DNA of 64,000 nucleotides, taken from Yuukianura sp. NJ FZ-2021. Its lineage: Eukaryota. How positions within the stretch are numbered: the stretch's first letter is position 1; each line of letters begins with the position of its first letter. The stretch lies in assembly GCA_046563655.1 (NCBI GenBank), contig JAJCTO010000011.1, positions 682,001-746,000 on the forward strand, written 5' to 3'. A program made the translations under genes and the position numbers. The notes under the pieces are model-generated. The model did no database searches, had not been told where the DNA came from, and worked only from the letters and a program-made list of their open reading frames with translations. Shown here piece after piece: positions 28,496-37,498 of the stretch.

Positions 28496-30058
28496 TTATT
28501 CAGTAGTAGCATCGGGGGCTTCTACTTCGCCTTCTTGCGGGGCTGCTTTGGTGCGTCTAAGATCAAGACGCCGCAGCCCAAAGTATGGCCGAAACTTCAG
28601 TTCTTCTTCCAGTACCTTCATAGAGTTTGGATCTGCATCCACAAAAATAGTGTGACCTGGCGGGCCTTTCTGTGACGGAATTGGTTTTCTCCATCTCCAT
28701 TTTTGACATTCTAGTCCAGGATTCTGCGTTTTTAGTGCTTCTAAGAATTCTTGAGATACCGGAGCATTTCCTGCAATCCAGCACCACAGTCTTGTAAGAT
28801 TCAATTCTGGTATTTGAGAAGGATCGACACCCTCGTAAGTGCCTCCAAGTATTTTCTGTAGTTTAGTCTTGATCCAATCTGCTGAGTTGCTGTCGGCACA
28901 GATAAATCTGCCTCGACCCCCAGAGACGAACCGACATTCTTCAATTCTAACTGCTGTTTGTCTTTCCGCAAGAATTTCAATTTCTAGAACAGCCTTGAGC
29001 CCGACGTAGTCGCTGTACTGCATAGCTGCCTCGTGATCAGCACGAATTACTGAAAATACAGTTTTAGTGAAATCCAGTTGTCTTGTAGTTTCTGGCATTC
29101 GTTTCTTCAACGGAGGTTCTGTTGGCATTGGTGAAGAAGTTGAGCCACGCTTGGTTCCTCCTGATGTTGATAACTTTTCAGTACGAATATTCGGATTTTC
29201 TGTGTCCACTTCAGCTTTAGGTACTCCGACATGACCCTTGTCGTGGATTTTGTTGAGTAGACGAGCCTCATGAAACGCTTTTCGTTCAGCCTTTGAAAAG
29301 GTTTTTTTGAGCGATTTTTTCTCTGGTTGTTCTGCAGTGCTGATTTGAAGCCCCTTCAACGTACCGCTGATTGACTTCTCATTTGGTCTGGATTTAGAAG
29401 TGATGTTCATGTTTTGATTTGGTACTTCATTTGTGTTCGTGGTTTGTACTTCCTCAAACACGTCATCTTCAATCTCGTCGACTTTGGAGACTTCTTCGTC
29501 TCCCGAAGTATTAAGAAGTTCGTCTTCATCAACGTTGACTACCGGTATGTTTGACATCACGGTCAGATTTCTGTAAGCAAAGTTCGGTATATAGTATTGT
29601 TTTTTACTTGTGTCTGATTTGCCAATACATATCCAATCATACTCAGATACGTAACCACTCGGCTTTTGTGACTGATTTACCCACATCATGGTAACCAGTA
29701 TGGGACTCATCGTTCCCCCAGCTCCATGGACATGTGCCTCATCAGTCACACCAGAGTTGATTAGTTCATCGTTGATTGCATATTTAGTAAGGGTTTCATC
29801 ATGTGTATTAAGTTTCAGGTAGTTTTTATATGTATTTCTTATGGGTCTTGCAAAAGGACACCTATGGTGCACACCATCACCCGTTAAGACTTTCGTCTTT
29901 CGGGTCACTGTGACCCCCTGATGACCTTTGATACATTGTTTTGTTGACTTACCTCCGGAACGTGTCCAGCTGGTCCTTTTGGTAGTTGGTTCCGAGTGGT
30001 AACGTCCTTCCTTCGGGTCAATTAAATCATTTAATTGCGGACCGCAATTAAAGCACAT
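28496..30058 (-). CDS. LINE ORF1 (nucleic-acid-binding protein, DUF4780-like C-terminal half); true start may be the ATG at 29557
   Basis: 520-codon ORF upstream of ORF2 with an acidic then basic low-complexity region, followed by GRFICADSNSADWIK...LKTQNPGL...WR, which resembles Loa-clade ORF1. The first ~167 codons overlap a structured leader and may be UTR. Confidence 0.8.
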   Translation of the reverse strand: MCFNCGPQLNDLIDPKEGRYHSEPTTKRTSWTRSGGKSTKQCIKGHQGVTVTRKTKVLTGDGVHHRCPFARPIRNTYKNYLKLNTHDETLTKYAINDELINSGVTDEAHVHGAGGTMSPILVTMMWVNQSQKPSGYVSEYDWICIGKSDTSKKQYYIPNFAYRNLTVMSNIPVVNVDEDELLNTSGDEEVSKVDEIEDDVFEEVQTTNTNEVPNQNMNITSKSRPNEKSISGTLKGLQISTAEQPEKKSLKKTFSKAERKAFHEARLLNKIHDKGHVGVPKAEVDTENPNIRTEKLSTSGGTKRGSTSSPMPTEPPLKKRMPETTRQLDFTKTVFSVIRADHEAAMQYSDYVGLKAVLEIEILAERQTAVRIEECRFVSGGRGRFICADSNSADWIKTKLQKILGGTYEGVDPSQIPELNLTRLWCWIAGNAPVSQEFLEALKTQNPGLECQKWRWRKPIPSQKGPPGHTIFVDADPNSMKVLEEELKFRPYFGLRRLDLRRTKAAPQEGEVEAPDATTE

Positions 30059-30095
30059 CTGTTGCCTTTGAAATCCAAATTGGCGCTAAAAAAAA

Positions 30096-31085
30096 ACAGT
30101 AGCAGTTAGAGGTCAAATGTAACCAACAACGAGTACAAGCATGATATTCAGCTGTCATGACTAGAGATAAAAATTTTTACATGTTGGCGTCATGGGGTCG
30201 TTCTGCAAAATTTTCTTTTAGTGCAATCGAGAGGTGCCATGAATCGACATGTGGCGAAAAGTGCGACAACTAGTGTGTTCCTAAGTAAAACACAGTAGCA
30301 GTCAGAGGTCAAATGTAACCAACAACGAGTACAAGCATGATATTCCGCTGTCATGACTACAGATAAAAATTTTTACATGTTGGCGTCATTGGGTCGTTCT
30401 GCAAAATTTTCTTTTAGTGCAACCGAGAGGTGCCAGGAATCGACATGTGGCGAAAAGTGCGACAACTAGTGTGTTCCTAAGTAAAACACAGTAGCAGTTA
30501 GAGGTCAAATGTAACCAACAACGAGTACAAGCATGATATTCAGCTGTCATGACTAGAGATAAAAATTTTTACATGTTGGCGTCATGGGGTCGTTCTGCAA
30601 AATTTTCTTTTAGTGCAATCGAGAGGTGCCAGGAATCGACATGTGGCGAAAAGTGCGACAACTAGTGTGTTCCTAAGTAAAACACAGTAGCAGTTAGAGG
30701 TCAAATGTAACCAACAACGAGTACAAGCATGATATTCAGCTGTCATGACTAGAGATAAAAATTTTTACATGTTGGCGTCATGGGGTCGTTCTGCAAAATT
30801 TTCTTTTAGTGCAATCGAGAGGTGCCATGAATCGACATGTGGCGAAAAGTGCGACAACTAGTGTGTTCCTAAGTAAAACACAGTAGCAGTTAGAGGTCAA
30901 ATGTAACCAACAACGAGTACAAGCATGATATTCAGCTGTCATGACTAGAGATAAAAATTTTTACATGTTGTCGTCATGGGGTCGTTCTGCAAAATTTTCT
31001 TTTAGTGCAATCGAGAGGTGCCATGAATCGACATGTGGCGAAAAGTGCGACAACTAGTGTGTTCCTAAGTAAAACACAGTAGCAG
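30096..31085. repeat. 196-bp satellite, ~5 monomers between the LINE and Bel/Pao element 1
   Basis: Same monomer, orientation and variant set (TATTCCGC, CATTGGG, CAACCGA, GCCATGA) as the flanking blocks. Confidence 0.99.
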
Positions 31086-31664
31086 TGTTGAGAATTACTC
31101 AGCATTATCCCAAATGGGAATAGAAATAATTTTAATATCAAATTGAAAGTGGGTTTAGGTTTAAGTGAAAATGAAAGTAATTTTAATTTGGAAATAGAAT
31201 TAGTTTTAATTTAGAAGTTTAGTTTGCCTCGCATGAGAGGAGAAGAGAAGAGACGGAAATTAAGATGAATCTAAATGTAACCAAAGGGTTAATGTTGATC
31301 CACTTGCAGTGGAATTAGAATCAAAGAGAAAGGGTTAGCGTCTACTTTTAATGTGTAAATACTATCATTGTACTACTGAGTTGCGCACTAGAGTAAGTAC
31401 AGTAGAGCGTCCGCAAAAGTCAACGCTTTCCATAAGGTAGAATCTCTCCCTCTTTTTACTACAGAAAAGATACACCACAAGAAGAGAGTCTTCAAGTAGC
31501 TTTTGCAGAGGCAGCAACTTTAGATTCTCACAATTCACTTTTCAGTAACTTCAATCAGTTAAGTATTCATCTAATGTAAGTTTTGAGTTTTCAATTATTA
31601 AATAAATGAATCAATTAGAAAACGTTCAGTGTTCAGAATCTGGCATTCCATCCAACATTCTTCA
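31086..31664 (+). repeat. 5' LTR of Bel/Pao element 1 (579 bp)
   Basis: TGTTGAGAAT...ATTCTTCA; direct repeat of 37508-38086 with no difference seen by eye; AATAAA at 31601-31606. Confidence 0.97.
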
Positions 31665-31675
31665 TGGTGCCGAAA
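31665..31675 (+). promoter_or_regulatory. Primer-binding site, tRNA-Phe type
   Basis: TGGTGCCGAAA directly after the LTR, complementary to the 3' end of metazoan tRNA-Phe (...UUUCGGCACCA). Confidence 0.85.
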
Positions 31676-31757
31676 GACGGTTACAGTGAGTCATAATCAA
31701 TTCGACTGCCTGTTACACAAAGGATGACGAACCGATTTGGACATTGAACTAAAGTGA

Positions 31758-34700
31758 GTGGACTTGAGTGCCCATAGTACCGTAACCACGGCGTCAGGAA
31801 CGAGGTCAAAGGTCAAGGCAGCAAGCATATCCAAGATGGCGGACAAGAGCGATGATACTGGGACACCTAAGGCTGTTGCAGGAGTTGGAGCAGCAGGGAC
31901 CAGCATTAGCGTACTTCCGTCTACAGAAACAGAAGCAATGAAGAAACTGGCAAGGTCACTCAAAGGATTTGGTCTTGACCTCCAGTATTTCCATATGAAA
32001 ATAGAGGAACTTGGGACTTCCTCAACTGCAGTCACAGGGGCTGCTGTAGCCATCGAACGTAAGAAACTTGAGAACTTTGAGTCTAAGTTGGGTTTGATTA
32101 GGCATGAGATTTACATGAATTGCGAAGACGATGAGGAACTTCGTAAGCAAGCAAAGGAAATTAACATTTGTGACAAGTTCATTGAGAAGATTAGCTCAAA
32201 GCTAATTTCCATTGAGTCCAAGGCTGGAGTCTGCACCACAGGGGGACAGAGCCAAACCAGTCAAATGAAGGTGAACATGCCCAAGTTGGAGTTGCCTACA
32301 TTCAACGGAAAATACGAGGAATGGTTAAGTTACAGGGACTTAATGCTTACCTATGTTGTGAATAATGCTTCTCTTTCAGGAAGCCAGAAATTAGGTTATC
32401 TACAACCAACCCTAAAGGGAGAGGCAGAGGAAACGTTGAAGTACTTTGACCTCAGCAATGGATCATTCGAGGAGGCGTGGGAGACGTTAAAGGAGCGTTA
32501 TGAAAACCCTCGTCAAATTACATTTGCATTTTTGCAAAAAATGGTTAATTTCAAACCAATTGCGCAGGAGACTCCTCAGTCTTTGCGTAAATTATTGGAT
32601 GTATTTAACATGTCCATTAGACAATTGCAGGTTCTGAAGGAGCCTGTGGATCAATGGGATTCCATACTAATTTTTCTCATTTTAGAAAAACTTTCTCCAG
32701 AAACGAAAAAAGAATGGACAAAGAACTTCAAAGGGACGAGCATGCCCGCATTTTCGGAGGTCAAGGACTTCCTGGAGGATCATTTAAGATCACTCACTGT
32801 CACTTCTGGTGATAAGCCGCGTACTGACAGTCAGAAGGCGGTTGACAAAAACAAGGAAAGGAAGGTGCACACTGTGTCAGGCAGTCACCCAAAGCCATGT
32901 CTTAAGTGTTCTGGAGAGCATGGATTGTTCAAATGTCCAGAATTTGGGGCCATGCCTCAAGATCAAAGAGAAAAATATGTCCGAACTAATAAACTTTGTT
33001 TGAATTGTTTAAGGCCGGCGCATACTGCAGAAAATTGTCGTGCTCCTTTCACTTGTGGCAAGTGTAAGAAGAAGCACAATACACTTCTCCATCGTGAGAA
33101 ACCACAACCAAGGTCAGAAAGTCAACCAAGGTCGGAAGGTCAACAGGGAACTTCCACTGCAGCCAATCATTGCGCAGGCGCACGGGTTGTTTTGGCCACA
33201 GCCATTGTCAATGTGCAAAATTCCCTTGGAGATCTTCAGAGTTGTCGAGTGCTACTCGATCAAGGTTCGGAATCTAATTTCATTTCAGAACGATGTGTGA
33301 AATTTTTAGGTTTGAATCGTCGTGGAACTGACGTCAGAATCACAGGGATTTCTGGAGCCATGGTGCAGAGGGCACTTGGAGAAACGTCATTCCAAATTGA
33401 GTCAATGGCAAAAAATTATAAGTTCACTGTTAATGCTTTGATTTTACCCAAAGTAACAGGTACATTGCCGTCATTTCAAATTAATCCGAGTGATTGGACA
33501 TTTTTGGACGAATTGGAGTTGGCCGATCCGGAATTCTATAAACCAAATGACATTGACATTTTGATTGGAGGAGAATTCGTGGCTCGGCTCAAAACTGGTA
33601 AAAAGGTTCAAGGAGACCTTAATCATCCAGTAGCAGAAGAAACGGAACTCGGTTGGGTAATTTCCGGTCCAGTCAAACCAGGCCGTGTGGTGAGTGTGAA
33701 CCACGCTTTAGTGGAAACTAATCAGATTTTGCAGAAATTTTGGGAATTGGAGAATGTCCCAAACCACCAGCCACTGACAACAGAGGAGAAAGCCGCCGAG
33801 GCACATTTCGTAGCCACTCACTCCAGGAATGATGACGGAAGGTATGTTGTCAAGTTGCCATTTAAACAGAATTGCCAAAATTTAGGTTCATCCCGAGAAA
33901 TAGCCCTGAGACGGCTGTACGGAATTGAACGGAGATTAGAAAAACATCCTGAACACAAGGTCGAGTACCGTAAGTTCATGAGTAATTATGTTGAACTTGG
34001 TCACATGGTCCAGGTTCCCAAGTTGGGGGCAGGTGAGGTGATGGGAGTAACCAATTATTTGCCACATCACTTTGTGCTCAAGGACACCAGCTCCACTACC
34101 AAATTGAGAGTCGTATTCGACGGCTCTGCAGAAACGAGCAATGGAATATCGCTTAACAAATGTCTAATGGTTGGTCCAACTGTACAAAAGGACATATTCT
34201 CACATTTGCTCAATTTCAGGTCAAAAGAAATTGCTCTAAAGGCGGACATAGTGAAAATGTACCGTCAGTTTCTGGTTCATCCATTGGACCAAGACAAACA
34301 ACGGATTCTCTGGAGAGACAGTCCGAAAGATGAAATTCAAGAATTCAGGTTGACTACAGTCACTTATGGCACAAGTTCAGCGCCATTCCATGCTGTCAGA
34401 TGCTTAAATCAACTTGCTGAGGATGAGGGACTGAAATTCCCACGAGCAGCCGAGGTAATCAAAAATGATTTTTATGTTGATGATTTATTAACAGCAGTTG
34501 ATACTTCAACGGAGGCCAGTCAGTTGATTGCTGACCTGACCAGCATTCTAAGCCTTGGTTGCTTGGAAATCTCAAAATTCGATTCAAATTCCAAAGAGGC
34601 ACTTAAAGATGTTCCTGAGGACAGGAGAGGCAAGAATGACAATTTCAGTGACCTTGACGTGGACAGGGTCTTGGGAGTATGCTGGGATTCGAATGTCGAT

Positions 34701-35489
34701 GAATTCCACTTCCGTGGATTCTCACCTCAGCCAATTGGGATTCTAACCAAAAGAATCATTTTGTCTAACATTTCTCGTGTTTTTGATCCTCTAGGATTTT
34801 TAAGTCCTCTAACTGTGACAATTAAGATTTATTTTCAGGAATTATGGGAGCATGACCACAGGGGTCAGAAGCTCAAATGGGATGATGAAATCCCAACAGA
34901 ATTACAGCAGCCCTGGAGAGAGTACATTGACGGGTTAAGTAAAATTAAATTGATTAATATCCCCAGATTCTTAGGATTAGGTGGAGCCAGCCAAGTGGAA
35001 GTTCATGGATTTTCGGATTCATCTGAACATGCCTACTGTGCTGCAGTCTACATCAGATGTACTTTCCCGGATGGATCAATTTCTACGAATTTAGCAGCAG
35101 CGAAAACGAAAGTGGCTCCTGCCAAGCAAGTCAGTCTCCCAAGATTGGAACTGTGTGGGGCACTTCTGCTGTCAAGGTTGATTCCCAAGGTAATGGAATC
35201 ACTTAATCTAAAATGTTCTATTTCAGCTTGGTCAGACAGTGAAACTGTTCTGAAATGGATTCGGAATTCATCTCGTCGTTTCGTCACATTCGTTGCGAAC
35301 CGAGTTGCTGAAATACAGGAAGTACTACCAATGGAGTCCTGGAACTTCGTACCAGGAATAGAAAATCCAGCTGATCTTGGCACTAGAGGAATCTGTGCAG
35401 AGGATTTAGCAAATTCATCATTTTGGTGGAAGGGACCAATATGGTTAAGTGACGTAAGTCTACCTAATTTTGAGCCAGGGGCAAGGTGA
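31758..35489 (+). CDS. Bel/Pao gag-protease-RT-RNase H polyprotein (first ATG at 31836)
   Basis: LPTFNGKYEEW gag (DUF1759-like); three Cys/His knuckles (CLKC..H...C, CLNCL...H....C, C.KC...H..LLH); LLDQGS protease; YLPHH, KLRVVFDGS, ADIVKMY and FYVDD (RT); FSDSS and RLELCGA (Pao RNase H); NPADLGTRG. Confidence 0.96.
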   Translation: MDLSAHSTVTTASGTRSKVKAASISKMADKSDDTGTPKAVAGVGAAGTSISVLPSTETEAMKKLARSLKGFGLDLQYFHMKIEELGTSSTAVTGAAVAIERKKLENFESKLGLIRHEIYMNCEDDEELRKQAKEINICDKFIEKISSKLISIESKAGVCTTGGQSQTSQMKVNMPKLELPTFNGKYEEWLSYRDLMLTYVVNNASLSGSQKLGYLQPTLKGEAEETLKYFDLSNGSFEEAWETLKERYENPRQITFAFLQKMVNFKPIAQETPQSLRKLLDVFNMSIRQLQVLKEPVDQWDSILIFLILEKLSPETKKEWTKNFKGTSMPAFSEVKDFLEDHLRSLTVTSGDKPRTDSQKAVDKNKERKVHTVSGSHPKPCLKCSGEHGLFKCPEFGAMPQDQREKYVRTNKLCLNCLRPAHTAENCRAPFTCGKCKKKHNTLLHREKPQPRSESQPRSEGQQGTSTAANHCAGARVVLATAIVNVQNSLGDLQSCRVLLDQGSESNFISERCVKFLGLNRRGTDVRITGISGAMVQRALGETSFQIESMAKNYKFTVNALILPKVTGTLPSFQINPSDWTFLDELELADPEFYKPNDIDILIGGEFVARLKTGKKVQGDLNHPVAEETELGWVISGPVKPGRVVSVNHALVETNQILQKFWELENVPNHQPLTTEEKAAEAHFVATHSRNDDGRYVVKLPFKQNCQNLGSSREIALRRLYGIERRLEKHPEHKVEYRKFMSNYVELGHMVQVPKLGAGEVMGVTNYLPHHFVLKDTSSTTKLRVVFDGSAETSNGISLNKCLMVGPTVQKDIFSHLLNFRSKEIALKADIVKMYRQFLVHPLDQDKQRILWRDSPKDEIQEFRLTTVTYGTSSAPFHAVRCLNQLAEDEGLKFPRAAEVIKNDFYVDDLLTAVDTSTEASQLIADLTSILSLGCLEISKFDSNSKEALKDVPEDRRGKNDNFSDLDVDRVLGVCWDSNVDEFHFRGFSPQPIGILTKRIILSNISRVFDPLGFLSPLTVTIKIYFQELWEHDHRGQKLKWDDEIPTELQQPWREYIDGLSKIKLINIPRFLGLGGASQVEVHGFSDSSEHAYCAAVYIRCTFPDGSISTNLAAAKTKVAPAKQVSLPRLELCGALLLSRLIPKVMESLNLKCSISAWSDSETVLKWIRNSSRRFVTFVANRVAEIQEVLPMESWNFVPGIENPADLGTRGICAEDLANSSFWWKGPIWLSDVSLPNFEPGAR

Positions 35490-37075
35490 GTGAGCCTCCT
35501 GACTTAGAATTACGAAAGGTGAAAGCTAATTTGTCAATTGTTGAACTAAATTTCATGTTGAGGTTTTCAATCCTCATGAGGCTTAACCGTGCAGTGGCTT
35601 ATGCCACAAGATTTATTTTCAATTGCAGGAACAGGAAGTTAGGCCAAAGTCACACTGGAGACTTAACGGTAGCAGAAACTCACTCTGCATTCATGGTTTG
35701 TGTCAGATCCGCCCAATGGGATGACTTTTGGGAAGAGATCACATTACTACAGAAGGGGAAACCAATTGGTAAGAGTAGTTCCATAAGTTCACTAAATCCG
35801 TTTTTAGATCAAGAAGGTGTACTGAGAGTCGGAGGCAGACTCCAGAATTCGGAAGCTCCAGATGAGCAGAAACACCAAATAATCATCAGTGGACATCATT
35901 ACTTAACACAATTAATCATTATGGACCACCACCGTAAGTTTCACCATGCCAGTTATCAATTGCTCTGGTCCAATCTATCGCGAAGATTTTGGATCATTCG
36001 GGCCCGAGTGGCCATTCGGAACATGATTCGGAGCTGCCTTCGTTGCAAGAGAATGAAGGCTAAAGTCACAGAACAACTAATGGGTAGCCTACCCAAGGCC
36101 AGAGTCACTCCTTCATCACCATTTAGTCACTGTGGAGTTGACTATGCTGGACCGACTAAGCTCCAAGAAAAATATGGACGTGGGAAACGGCAGTTCAATG
36201 CCTATTTTTGTATCTTCGTCTGTTTCACCACTAAAGCAGTTCACCTCGAGCCGGTGACTGATCTTACTACAGAGGCTTTTATAGCCACTTTGAAAAGATT
36301 CATTTCCAGGAGGGGCCTAAGTTCGAATATCTACTCTGATTGTGGATCTAATTTTGTTGGTGCTGCTAATGAGTTGAAAGAGTGGCACTCAATAATTTCA
36401 AATTCTAAAATATTTGATTTTTTATCTTTTCAGGGTGTTCAGTGGCATCTGAATCCACCCGATGCACCCCACATGGGAGGAATCTGGGAAGCAGGCGTAA
36501 AGTCTGCCAAATACCACATTAAGAGAGTCGTGGGAACAACTACATTGACCCTGGAGGAGTACTACACACTGCTGACTTCAGTGGAAGCTGTTCTGAATTC
36601 TCGTCCGATTTGTGCTAAGAGCCAGGATCCAGGAGACTACGAGGCACTAACTCCAGGTCACTTTCTGATTGGCAAGCCTCTGATGTCAATTCCAGAACTG
36701 GATCTACGAGAAATTCGAGAGAACCGTCTTTCCCGTTGGCAGAGAGTCCAGCAGATGACTCAACATTTTTGGAAGCGCTGGAGCGCAGAATACGTAAATA
36801 CACTCCAACAGAGGAACAAATGGAAAACCAAAGATGACAATTTGAAAATCGGAGATCTCGTGCTGATAAAAGATGAAGATACTCCGCCTCTGAATTGGAA
36901 ATTAGCAAGGATTTCAGCTGTATTTCCTGGTGAAGATGGGCTAGTTCGTACTGTGGAAGTTACTTGGAAGTCAGCTGAGCTCAATCACAAGGGTGAAATC
37001 ATCAAACAGAAAGATCATGTCTTCAAACGTCCAGTTGTAAGAATCTGTAAATTATTAGACAAGGAAGATTTGTAA
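35486..37075 (+). CDS. Bel/Pao integrase (-1 frame relative to the upstream polyprotein)
   Basis: LRVGGRL, HHCC zinc finger, GVDYAGP, SDCGSNF and GGIWEAGVKS (DDE), LNSRP, FWKRWS.EY (DUF5641-like C-terminus). Confidence 0.94.
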   Translation: MSEPPDLELRKVKANLSIVELNFMLRFSILMRLNRAVAYATRFIFNCRNRKLGQSHTGDLTVAETHSAFMVCVRSAQWDDFWEEITLLQKGKPIGKSSSISSLNPFLDQEGVLRVGGRLQNSEAPDEQKHQIIISGHHYLTQLIIMDHHRKFHHASYQLLWSNLSRRFWIIRARVAIRNMIRSCLRCKRMKAKVTEQLMGSLPKARVTPSSPFSHCGVDYAGPTKLQEKYGRGKRQFNAYFCIFVCFTTKAVHLEPVTDLTTEAFIATLKRFISRRGLSSNIYSDCGSNFVGAANELKEWHSIISNSKIFDFLSFQGVQWHLNPPDAPHMGGIWEAGVKSAKYHIKRVVGTTTLTLEEYYTLLTSVEAVLNSRPICAKSQDPGDYEALTPGHFLIGKPLMSIPELDLREIRENRLSRWQRVQQMTQHFWKRWSAEYVNTLQQRNKWKTKDDNLKIGDLVLIKDEDTPPLNWKLARISAVFPGEDGLVRTVEVTWKSAELNHKGEIIKQKDHVFKRPVVRICKLLDKEDL

Positions 37076-37498
37076 GTTTAGGATTTTACTCAATTAATAC
37101 TTAGTGTAAGCTTTAGGATTCAATTTAGGAATTAAGGTTTCAATTTTAATCAAATTTAACGTGAGTAGTTAGGTTTGTACTAGATTAAGGAAACTGAGCA
37201 ATTTTTAACTTGGCCGTTCGAGTAACTTTTAATTTAAATCATAATATGCAAATCAGAAGTGATCGTGATTGTATGTGACCTGTGTTTCCTAGTGAATTGG
37301 ATGCTGACCAGGTCAAGCAAAGACTGGCCTGCCCGCTCCCAGGCGAGGGACTTAGTCCACCCCTCAGGTCACCGAGGTCAGTTGATGGTTCACTTCCCTA
37401 CTCTGTCCTTGTATGTGTGAAGTACTATCACTTTTGATTTCATTTTTGCACTTATGCACTTTGTTTTGATTTTGGGATTTGAATCCGTGATTCAAATC

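Larger units (their letters stand above)
24433..30095 (-). mobile_element. Apparently full-length non-LTR retrotransposon (APE-type LINE with RNase H; Loa/Lian/Baggins-like)
   Basis: ORF1 plus APE-RT-RNase H ORF2. Flanked by the direct repeat ACAGTAGCA (24424-24432 and 30096-30104), and the satellite resumes in register. The 3' end is a short ...GAAAAACATACA tail and the 5' junction has an ~8-nt T run. Clade inferred from the QINLH start of APE, the RNase H domain and a DUF4780-like ORF1. Confidence 0.93.

Noticed and set aside
29738..29905. Hammerhead ribozyme in the LINE leader (CUGAUGAG plus an upstream CGAAA-stem-CUU on the minus strand)
   Set aside because: Stems I and II cannot be formed around the core, and CUGAU is sequestered in the TGTGACTGAT/ATCAGTCACA stem.
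33105..33145. 18-bp tandem duplication in gag (QPRSES/QPRSEG); similar VNATH/VNATQ duplication at ~60780-60815
   Set aside because: Ordinary slippage in low-complexity gag linkers.
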